Position numbers and translations under genes: made by a program
NCBI GenBank assembly: GCA_013239625.1
Contig: MU054117.1
Location: forward strand, 1,548,011-1,612,010
Length of the DNA: 64,000 nucleotides
Direction: 5' to 3'
Origin: Lama guanicoe
Taxonomy: Eukaryota
Shown here: one piece after another, positions 1 through 10,094 of the stretch
Layout: every line of letters begins with the position of its first letter
How positions within the stretch are numbered: the stretch's first letter is position 1
Notes under the pieces: generated by a model
What the model saw: only the letters and a program-made list of their open reading frames with translations
Told to the model about the DNA's origin: nothing
Databases searched by the model: none

Positions 1-247
1 ATTTTCTTTCTTCTCTTTTTTCTTTTTCTGGCATTTCTTTGATTACAAGTAAAAGCATCTCTCCACGTATCTGCTGGCACTCTGTGTTCCTCCCTTTGTG
101 ACTCATCTGTTCTCGCTCTTTGCCTGTTTTGTTTTGGGGACATTTAACTTTTCTCCTAGTCCAGTATAAGATCTCCTTACAGTTGCAAAATAACCTTTTC
201 CCTGCTGTGTATCTTACAAATATATTTCCAAATCTGTCATTTTTTTT

Positions 248-367
248 AGGGGGGTAGGTAATTAGGTCTAATTTTATTTATTTAGAGGAGGTACTGAGGA
301 TTGAACCCAAGACCTCAAGCATGCTAAGCATGTGCTCTACCACTTGAGCTATATATACCCCTCCCCC
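248..367 (-). mobile_element. tRNA-Ala-derived SINE (camelid Vic-1 type)
   Basis: Reverse complement reads TATAGCTCAAGTGGTAGAGCACATGCTTAGCATG...GGGTTCAATCC...AATAA...CCTAATTACC. TSD TCCAAATCTG(T/C)CATTTTT at 227-245 and 368-385. Confidence 0.88.
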
Positions 368-2143
368 TCCAAATCTGCCATTTTTCTTTTAACATTGTTT
401 AACATAGTTTATGTCAATTTTAAATAGAGAAGTTTTTAAATACAAAGAATCTTTTTTTTTATAGTTTCTGGTTTGGGTATTATGCTGAGCAAGCAGTGAA
501 CTTTCAATTATAGTAGTCTTCAAACTCTTGAAAAACACTGGTTTTTCTTATAAAAATTAAATTGATAATAAAACATCATGTATTTGAATTCATGAATATG
601 AGTTTTTAAATACATTTAACTGCCAGCATCACACTGTAAGATTCTTAACAGTTGCTGGGGTTCAAAAATTCTTCATAAAAATATGTGTGAAAATGCTAAT
701 TCTCTGAAGTCTATAATCAACCCCTAGCTCCATTCTTTACCTTTGGAAGTCCAACAATCCAGATAAATCCTGAGCAAAATTACCCCAAGGGAACTATCAG
801 AAGTTAAATTCAACAATGAAACTGATTTCTAGGTACAACTGTTCTTTGTCTTCTGGACATTCATCCCCAGATTCATTCAAGCCAGGAGAAGCAGGTGTTG
901 ACGAGGGCTAAGAGTCTCACTCACACTGCAGCACTCGGGGCTAAGCCAGGACAGCAGTGACGACTGTGGTCAAGAAGAACACAGCTACTGCCGCGCCTGC
1001 TCCTTCAGCTCTGCTCACGCCCCGCAGCCAAGGAGGCTACACAGCAATCCTCCCCACTAAGGGTGGAGATCAACACCCCTACTCCAGGCTACATTCCAGC
1101 CAGCTGCACTGTGTCACAACTCCTGCCAGCTCCCCTGGAGAAGAGAGGCGCACCAAGCTAGGAGCCAGGCTGCTCTTTCTCGAGCATGTTCACACAGGAG
1201 GTGAAGTGAGCGTACTTGCACAGATCACAGACCTTTACCAGGATCAGCCAGAAAAGACACGCTGAATTTAGCAGGAAGATCTCAGATGTCAGATGTCAGG
1301 GAAGCTTCTATTTGGGAATTCCACTCAGGACACTCTCCAAAATGATCTCCCACTTCTCACGTCCCCGGTTCTCCACAGACGCTCACTAAGCCACTTCCCT
1401 TCACTCTAGCACTCAGCGTGAACTGGGAGACTGGGAAAGCCCCTGCTTCAAATCCACCCCCAGGACTGTGCTGCAATTACACCAAACTGTATGTCAATGA
1501 AATGGTAGGGTATTGTGAGCAACACTAATGAGAATTCTTAAATCTCTGGTAGGGATCATGACCTTTTCTAGAAAGACACATCTGCAAAAACAACAAAAGA
1601 TCACAACAACACTTCAGATATTTCAAATAAACATCAAAAGCTCTTTTGAGGCAAAACCTCTATCATTAGTTTTTTCGAGCAAGAGAATGCTTTGACCCAG
1701 TTTACCCTGATTTCCAAGATGACAGAACCATGTAGTCCAGAGATAGTTTAGTCAGAGAAAGAGAATACTATGCAGACATGAAAATGGTCCTCATCACAGA
1801 GAACTCAGTGCACTATTTGTCAAGATGACCATTAGAAAAACATATCAGTAGAGCACCCTATTATACTAAATTGAGAACAATTTTTTTCTGAAACATGTAA
1901 CTACATACATTGGTCAACTTAGTGCAAGATGCAAACAAGTTTATAATAATTCTTCCTAAAGACACTCAAGTCAGTCCTCAAGTTCTTCACTGTTCTGATC
2001 TGTGTTATCAGATTTCTTAAGAGCATCACTTACCAGACTTGACTTGCAATTTCTTTCTTTGTATCTATCTTCAATAAAAACTTAGTGACTGTCATCTTTT
2101 CACTCTGGGGGACAGCACATGTTTGGTATAGTAAGTACTCAAT

Positions 2144-2340
2144 GTATACCAGAAATTGACAGTGTAACTGACTATACTTCAATTAAAAAAAACTAACGGG
2201 GGTGGCGGGGGCGGTGGGGAGGATAGCTCAGTGGTAGAGCACATGCCTAGCCTGCAAAAGGTCCTGGGTTCAATCCCCAGTAACTTCATTAAATAAATAA
2301 ACCTAATTCCTCCCCCCTAAAGTTTTTTTTCCAAAAAAAA
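2144..2340 (+). mobile_element. ~50 bp L1 3' tail followed by a Vic-1-type SINE
   Basis: L1 terminus CCAGAAATTGACAGTGTAACTGACTATACTTCAATT-A9, then a SINE with A/B boxes at ~2216-2320. TSD AAGTACTCAAT at 2133-2143 and 2341-2351. Confidence 0.85.
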
Positions 2341-2793
2341 AAGTACTCAATAAACTTTTGATGAGATTGACAAAAACAAATTTTGACAAGTAATTCTGAA
2401 AGCTAATGGCTACTGGATAGTAGATGCAAATGAAGTCCCTAGAAAGTTGTACCCTTCCCTATAGTACAGAGAACTGCTCTTACTCTGTAACAATTTAGTT
2501 TGTCACCAGCTAACACAAACAATTCCACCTTAAATACAAGCGCCAAAATACAAAACACAATCCTAATAAAAATGTTAATTTTATACATTCTGGGTTTATT
2601 CATGTTTGATCTGAAGCAAAGAGAAACATTTTCAAATACTTAAGTCAAAAAGAATCTTTCATACTTTCAGTACTAAAGAAAGTGTACAAGAAGTACAGGA
2701 TAGAGTTTGAGTCCAAAAAGAAAGGTTGCAAAGTGGCAAAACGCAATAGTTATCTACATATACTCACTCACTAGCACCATATCCTACTACAAA

Positions 2794-3202
2794 TTTTATT
2801 TTATTTTATTTTTTCTTTTAAAAGATTTTATTAAAGGTCTTTACAGAGCAACAACCAACTCCAAATCCAGCTGCTAAGAAGTCCCTCTTACGCTGTGGGC
2901 AGCGGCTGGGGCACAGCAGGTGGCTCTGGTGTCCCACCCTTCTGGGTGGAGATGGGGGCGGTGGACAGTATTTCATCTTTGGGTTCCACAGTGCTCACAT
3001 GGACAGGCAGGGGCTTTTTATGGCCAATCTTACCAGCTGGGTCGCAAGGCAGCAAGATCTTTACCTTGATGCCCAACACACCTAGAAGATGTCAGTTAAG
3101 ACCTAGCCATGTATGGTTCCACCGGCCCCCACTACACAACAGGATGGGCAGAAGGAAGAAAACGGCCAGTTACTCAAGCACTCCTGGGTCTGGTCCCTTC
3201 TC
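2794..3202 (-). pseudogene. RPS3: 5'-truncated, semi-processed retrocopy of 40S ribosomal protein S3 (last coding exon + 3' UTR + poly(A) + probable retained intron end)
   Basis: Translation [63 protein letters not shown] matches the RPS3 C-terminus with substitutions. It is followed by a short 3' UTR, AATAAA (2832-2827) and a degenerate poly(A) tail (2794-2819). Confidence 0.93.
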
Positions 3203-3401
3203 GTGTAAGTTTTAAATTAAGAACAATATTCAAGAAAGAGAAATGGGACACATATAAAGTATTTACCACATATGTAATATATTCAAACAAAGTTTAGAAC
3301 CTGTAAGATCACTACGATTTGGATTCATGAATCTTTAATATGAAAAGAAAGTATTCCGATTTCTATCATTTTATTTTTCTCTCACTTTCCCTGAGGCTGC
3401 A

Positions 3402-4781
3402 TTTTTGTTGTTTTTTAATTGAAGTATAGTTAGTTTATAATGTGGTGTTAGCTTCTGGTGTACAGCATAGTGGTTTAGTTATTTACATACATACATTCAG
3501 CTTTATATATATACACACACACACATTGTATATATATACACATATATATTCCTTTTCATCTTCTTTTTCACTATAGGTTATTACAAGATATTGATATAGT
3601 TCCCTGTGCTACAGCTGGACAGTGCTGTTTATCTATTTTAGATATGGTAGTTAGTATCTTCAAATCCCAAACTCTCAATTTATCTCTCCTGCCCTTTCCC
3701 CGCCAGTAACCGTAAGTTTGTTTTCTATGTCTGAGTCTGTTTCTGTTTTGTAAATAAATTCAGTTGTGTCATTTTTTTTAGATTCCACATATAAGTGATC
3801 TCATATGGTATTTGTCCTGCTCTATCTGACTTACTTCACTTAGTATGATCATCTCTAGGACCATCCATGTTGCTGCATTACTTCATTCTTTTTTGTGGCT
3901 GAGTAGTAGTCCACCACACACACACAACCCCCACATCTTCTTTATCCAGTCAACTGTTGATGGACACTTAGGTTGCTTCCATGTCTTGGCTACTGTAAAT
4001 AGTGCTGCTATGAACATTAGGGTGCATGTATCTTTTAGAATTAGAATTTCCTCCAGATATATGCCCAGGAGTGAGACTGTTGGATCATAGGGTAAGTCTA
4101 TTTTTAGTTTTTTAAAGAATCTCCATATTGTTTTCCATAATGGCTACAAAATGGCTTAACGGCTACACCAAACTACATTCCAGCCAACAGTGTAGGAGGG
4201 CTCCCTTTTCTCCACAGCCTCTCCAGCATTTATCTTTTGTGGACTTTTTAATGACGGCCATTCTAACCCATGTGAGGTGATACCTCACTGTAGTTTTGAT
4301 CTGCATTTCTCTGATAATTAGCGATACTGAGCATCTTTTCATGTGCCTATTGGCCATCTGTATGTGTTCACTGAGGAGATATCTGTTTATGTCTTCTGCT
4401 CATTTCTTGATTGGGATGTTTGGTTTTTTGTTATTGGTATTTTGTTATACTCTAGAAATTAAGCCCTTGTCAGTTGCATCATTTGCAAATATCTTCTCCC
4501 ATTCCATGGGCTGTCTTTTTGTTTTGTTTATCATTTCCTTTGCTGTATAAAGCTTATAAATTTAAATAGGCCCCATTTGTTTATTTTTCCTTTTGTTTCT
4601 GTTGCCTGGGTAGACTGTCCTAGGACAACACTGCTATGATTTATATCAGAGAATGCTTTGCCTATGTTCTCTTCTAGGAGATTTATGTGTCTTATCTTAT
4701 GTTTAACTCTTTAAGCCATTTTGAGTTTATTTTTGTGTATGGAGTAAGGGAGTGTTAACTAACTTCATTGATTTACATGCA
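3402..4781 (-). mobile_element. 5'-truncated LINE-1 (ORF2 C-terminus + 3' UTR)
   Basis: ORF 4163-4357 ([29 protein letters not shown]...[14 protein letters not shown]) is the L1 ORF2p cysteine-rich tail. Typical 3' UTR and poly(A) follow. Confidence 0.95.
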
Positions 4782-5574
4782 TCTATCATTTTAGAAGAAA
4801 CTCAAAGATTTTTAATGAGTCTGAACCTCAGAGGCTGAGACAAAGGAATAGCCTCTAATGCAATTCATTCCTTCTGATCATTAGTCTAGTATTCTTTCAG
4901 TTGAGGACAAGGATTTATTTTCTCTGCAGCAAATCACACTATAAACTCTCACATATTAAACCAAAACCAAGTTCTCAGACTGATCTAAACCCAGCAAGAG
5001 ACACACTACAAGCAAGAAACAACCCCACCAGGGATCAAAGGGCAGTTAAGCTGTTCACCATTCTCACCCTCTACTTCGAGCTTATTGTCCTCTAAAGGAG
5101 ATGTCAGAGTCAAGAAAATGAACAAGCAGTCACGCTAGATTTCTAGCAGCCACTCTCTGCTACTGAGTTCAGGAAAAATAAGAACATCGGCCTATATGCT
5201 AACACAGCCCAGAACGGAAGTTAAAGAATAAATGAAAATACTATCAAAATGGGGGCGTCCTAAGGTAACAATACATCCCATTCCTGTGGGCTCATCAAGA
5301 TAATCAGCAACTTAAGTGACAACAGTAAACTGCTTTCAGCGCAAGTTCTAGGAACTCCAAGTAGCTTTCAGTTACCAATAAATACAATCGTCACCATTAT
5401 TTTCAAACAGACATTTTACTCCCACATCCGTATCTGCAGAAATTCTACTTACCACATTGCATTTGCTATGCGAATACTTAGGTCTATGACCACAAAATCT
5501 TTCACATCACTTCAGCGAACTGCATATTTTCAGGGGAAAGATTTTTGAGTATCTATCTATGTTAGAAAGTGCTA

Positions 5575-6560
5575 CTGGTAAGGTTTAAATTGACCAACTG
5601 GACTTCATCAAAATCAAATTCTCCTGCTTATCCAAAGTGACCACTACAAATATAAACTGGTAAGCCACATACTGGGAGAAACTGGTAACTACCCAAGGAC
5701 TTGTGTCCTGAATATGTAGATAACTCCTGCGACTCACAAATAAAAACAAACAACCCAGTGTTTCACAAGTAGGTGAAAGACTGGGAAGATACACAACTAG
5801 CCAAAAAGCAAGCGGAAAAGCGCCCAGACTCACTAGTGATTGGGGAAATGCAAGTTAAAGCCCGAGTGGGCTCCCACTGTGTGCCCACGAAAGTTGCCAA
5901 AACGTAAACAACGGATAAAGCCAATTACCAGTAAGATGGAAAGCAACTAGGACATGAAAGTACACCGACACTCTGGAAGCCGGGCTGGTCTTCTCTCACA
6001 GAGGTAAACACGCACCTACCCCAGGACCCAGCCATTCCGCTCCTAGACACGTCCCCCGGAGAAAGGAAAACACATCCACAAACAAACTGCATAAAGACGT
6101 TTACAACAGCTTTATTCATAAAAACCAAAACTGGAAACAAGCCCGTCAACAGGAGAACGGATAAACTGATCATCCAATGGAAGCAATGAAAACTGCCAGT
6201 ATTAGTAAGGATGACTACAGATGCACGCAACACCACGCATAAATGAAAAAAAAAAAACGCTGAGCCAAAGAAACCCAACACAACAGAGAACAGACTACAC
6301 GGCTCCACTTACAGGAAGGTCTACAACAGGCCAACTAACCCGGGGTGGGGGGGGAGTTACTAGAACACCACCTGTTGGGGGCAGGAAGGGCACAGCCCGG
6401 GAAGGGGCTCAGGGAACAGCATGCGCTTACAGGGATGCTCTGAATCCTGGCAAGATGGTGGAGTATGCTAGTACTGGTGTCTGTCCAGACTCATGGAACC
6501 ATGACACTTAAGAGCCATGTATTTTGCTGTATGTAAACTACACACCACCAGAAAAATATA
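5575..6560 (+). mobile_element. Old LINE-1 (L1M-type) ORF2 end and 3' UTR
   Basis: Decayed L1 motifs: TGGACTTCATCAAAAT, GGAAATGCAAGTTAAA, CCCAGCCATTCCGCTCCTAG, AAACTGGAAACAA. Confidence 0.85.
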
Positions 6561-7669
6561 TACATATCAAAAGAGAAAAAAGCAAAAGATACAGATTTGA
6601 AAAGAGAAAAGAAAAGTAAATAAATAATCACAATTTCTTAACAAGTAGGAATGACTTCACCTAAAGAAAGGAGGATTATTTAGCTGATTTTAAGAACACG
6701 TCCAGTTCTAACGTGTAATATGCTCTGTGTCCTAAATCAACTGCAGCCTTGCATGCACGCTTAACACTTACACGAGAGGTTCACAAAGGCGTATTTAATG
6801 ACGTCAGTGAACCTAAAATATTTCCTATTTCAAATACAGACTTAATTAAGCAAAAGAAAACTTGAATTCTAACCTATAGATCAGTGCCACAAAAACCTGA
6901 AACCTACAGGAGCCTGAGAACAGTACGTCCTGCCAGGGGGAAAAGCTACCCCCCTAGTCTATTTCAAGACCAGAAAATGACAGATTCTGAGAGGACTGTG
7001 ACCACCCTGGCTGGGAGTTTCTTCCATCAAGAACCAGTCCTTAATTAACATGAAAGAGTCCGTTTCAGACAGTTCTGCCCATAAAGGAGGCAGTGCTGTT
7101 GAAAAATAAACTTAATCAAACACTGAAGAACAGAGAAGAAAATACTAAAATATAATCCTCACTGGTGGAAGAAATAATTTTAGTAGCTACCACGCGACAG
7201 GCATTCTGCTCCCCGCCAGAGACACAGTGGCAGCGGATGTAATAAACATGTCTCCGTCCGTAGAGAGGTAGAGAAGACAGGTAATGGCAGGTAAGACAGT
7301 CATTAACCCCAACAACACAAAACACACAGAATTATAGCTGCAAACGGGGATAAAAACTGTAACTTCAAGGTAGTAAGAGGTAAGAGAATACATAACAAAA
7401 AGACCTGACCCACCTTGGGAAGTTCAGGGAAAGTTTATGAAAGTGATCTGGAGGCTGAACGAGATCTGAAAAATGAGTTAATTATTTAATGATACAACAC
7501 GTATTCTGCAAAGAGAAGACTCCTTAGGTGAAGACCCTGAAGGAGGGGGCATGGCACACTTGAGGAATTAAGGAGACGGAGCACCAAAGGGAGTGCGGCA
7601 AGTTTTAACGGGCTTTTAGGGCAACGGGAAGCCCTGAAGAAGTTTTGAGCAGAGTATGGTCATCATCAT

Positions 7670-7850
7670 CATCACTAATATTTATCAAGTGCTGGCCACA
7701 TGCCAGGCACATATATGTCATGTAATTCTTACAACAATCACATGAGGTAAGAATTATTGTAGCCATTTTACAGATGAAGAAACTAAGGTTTGGAAGACTT
7801 AGCAGCCTGCCAAGGTCACGTAACTAGTGAGTGGTGGAGCCAGGATTCAA
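7670..7850 (+). mobile_element. MIR SINE
   Basis: Core CCATTTTACAGATGAAGAAACTAAGG...CCAAGGTCAC...GGAGCCAGGATTCAAAC. Confidence 0.85.
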
Positions 7851-8049
7851 ACATCACATGTGCATTTTCAAAACCTCAAACTGGCTAAAGTGTGGCTGCA
7901 TCTCAGGGGGAAGACAAAGCCTGGAGGAAACCAAGAGACTGCTGCAACGACCTCAGCCAGCACTGACCACAACCAAGCCAGGACCGTGGCTGTGGGCTGA
8001 GAAAATGAGTGGAGCAGAGCAATACTTCAGAGCAAAAAAATCACCAAGA

Positions 8050-8379
8050 TTTGACTGGTAGGGTGGGAAAAGAGGAAGTGAGGCAACATAGCAGGATTCT
8101 GAAGTTTCTGACTTAACCACCACGGCAAGTTGGTGGTACCATAAACAAAAATGGGGGGGGAAATTAGGAAGAACCAGAACTGAGGAGAGATCTTGGGCTG
8201 AATTTAAGGTGCCTCTGAGATGCTGAGAAAAGTTTTCAAGGAGCAACTAGGCATGTGGGTCTGGAGCTTGGAAGAATCACACGAGCTAAAGATATAAATG
8301 TGGAAGATCTGATACACAGATGTTCACTGAAGCCAAAACAGTGAACAAGTCTCCCCAGGAAAAGAAAACAGAGCAGGAG
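8050..8379 (-). mobile_element. L2 fragment, interrupted by the ERV and resuming at ~12904-13125
   Basis: Purine-rich L2-like text (GAAGTTTCTGACTT, AATTTAAGGTGCCTCTGAGA, GGGTCTGGAGC). Continuation GGAGACTGAAACTGAG...GGTCACTGTAACTAGCACTGAGAGAGCA appears after the ERV. Confidence 0.6.
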
Positions 8380-8799
8380 TGTAACAGAGCAGGATAACAC
8401 AGGGCCTTCCAGGACACCACAGAGACCGCTCCCCGACGTCCTCTGCTGTAGCCCCTCTCTGAAATACCCAGATAATGGTCACTCATGTATATTTCCTGAG
8501 TTTTTCAGATGCTAAAAACTACCACCAAATGTAAGAAATTAACTACTTGTTGATCATGAGCACACGGCCCCTGTACCTTCTGGCGCCTAAGGGTTAACTA
8601 CCATCAACCAATTAGAAATTGTGCACAGTTGATCACATACCCTGGGATGCCCTCCCCAGTTGGAGGTTTTTCGGAGCAGGAGCTATGCCGTTCTCCTTGC
8701 CTGGCCCAGCAAAAACCCTTCCTGTGCTCCAAACACCAACATTTCAATATTTCCTGGCCTCGCTGTGTGTCGTGCACACAAACTGGGGTTCAGTTAAAA
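8380..8799 (+). mobile_element. 5' LTR of an ERV1-class element
   Basis: Begins TGTAACAGAG and ends ...GGTTCAGTTAAAA immediately before a primer-binding site. Length ~420 bp. Confidence 0.75.
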
Positions 8800-8802
8800 G
8801 TC

Positions 8803-8824
8803 TGGCAAAGCCAGCCTAGGAGTC
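8803..8824 (+). other. Degenerate retroviral primer-binding site, tRNA-Arg type
   Basis: TGGCAAAGCCAGCCTAGGAGTC resembles TGGCGAGCCAGCCAGGAGTC, the complement of the tRNA-Arg(ACG) 3' end as I recall it. Confidence 0.7.
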
Positions 8825-9709
8825 TGTGCCCACAGCAAGCCGACCTCAGTCAGAGGTAGCCCCTTCCCTGGGTCCCCAGGAGCTGCGGGAGCTCACTTCA
8901 CTCCAGGAACCACGAGGGTCTGTCCTGACAGGTGCCAGCCACCTCACAGCATGAGGTTGTTTGGAGCAGAGAAATGTCCACAGCTAGAGCCCACGTTCGG
9001 TGTCACTTGAGGGTGAGCTGCTCCACTTGAGCAGGCTGGGGTTCTCTGCACTCCACCCGAGACCATTCCCTTGAGGAAAGTAAGCCACTCTGGGTCCGTT
9101 CTCTTTCAACAGCTGGGCCAGTCTCTTTGGAGGCCTCCGTCTGGGAGTGGACGTGGAGTTTTTAAACACCTCCTCTGATTATCTGTGCTAACGTAGCTTA
9201 TTTGTTTGTGGGTTTGTACCACTTTAGGGTGAGCCACTCCCAGCTCACGCAGGAACGGAGAATTCTACTCGCTCCATCTGGGCTCATTCCCTTCCAGGAA
9301 GTGAGCCATTCTGGGCTCACAGGGAGCCACGTCACTCTGGAAGCCTCCATCTGGGAGCGGAAGTGAAACTTTTGGGCTACACCTCGTATGGTCTTTTCTC
9401 TGTGGAGCCATGTTTGTTGTCTGTACTGTGTGTGTTGGCCTGTTGAGGCATCTTTGGGGAGCACTGGGACTCACAGGTGAGGACACCAGGGCATCCTCCC
9501 GGATTGCACTGGCTTCACCTCAAACTGAGGCACCGGACTTGGGGATTTGCCCTTTTAGAAAGGGAAAATGGTCATTCACTCAGCTTCATCTCTGATGGGA
9601 CGCTGGTTGGGAATCCCCTTTTTGGGGCTAGGGACCTGTGCCCCTGAGAGGCCGTTTTGAATTGTTGTTTGCTTGGTATTTGATAACATCTGCCATAAAT
9701 AATTAAGAA

Positions 9710-9885
9710 TAGATGATCAGACCTCTATTCCACCTTACAGTCACCCCTAGGGTATATTTTGCAAAACTGGGAGATTTTCAGCTATGCTCCCATAAATGAA
9801 AGAAAATGGTTTTTTTTATTGTAACACTGTGTGGGCTCAGTACTCCCTGAGATCTGGAGAACAGTGGTCCCTAATGGCTCTATTA
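9710..9885 (+). pseudogene. Gammaretrovirus-like gag matrix relic (frameshifted)
   Basis: From 9741 it reads SPLGYILQNWEIFSYAP, then after a frameshift FFYCNTVWAQYSLRSGEQW. This follows the class I ERV matrix pattern SPLxxILxxW...FFCxxxWPxY. Confidence 0.8.
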
Positions 9886-10029
9886 CATCGAAGTGGGCCT
9901 TTTTCCATTTGCCTTTTATCCTAGGGGGCAGCGGGGAGGGTTCCTGTGTGTGAGTGTCTCAGTATCTGAGTCCAGATCCTGTTCTCTCTGACGGGCTTGG
10001 CTGAATGTCAGGCATGTTGTTGTTAGTTA

Positions 10030-10058
10030 AATATATATATATATANNNNNNNNNNNNT

Positions 10059-10090
<32 letters not shown>
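10030..10090. repeat. (TA)n microsatellite spanning an assembly gap (N 10046-10057)
   Basis: Read directly. Confidence 0.95.

Positions 10091-10094
<4 letters not shown>

Noticed and set aside
957..1265. 102-aa ORF in a moderately GC-rich, non-repeat segment, with a donor-like GTGAGT on the minus strand at 924-919
   Set aside because: GTG start and no recognisable similarity. There is no support for coding or exon status from sequence alone.
2787..3214. Possible TSD for the RPS3 retrocopy (TACAAATTTTA vs TGTAAGTTTTA)
   Set aside because: Three mismatches in 11 AT-rich bases, too weak to call.
2895..3215. 106-aa plus-strand ORF
   Set aside because: Antisense shadow of the RPS3 retrocopy.
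10027..10090. Repeated TTAAATATATA on both sides of the N gap
   Set aside because: Most likely overlapping contig ends at a microsatellite (assembly artefact), not a real duplication.
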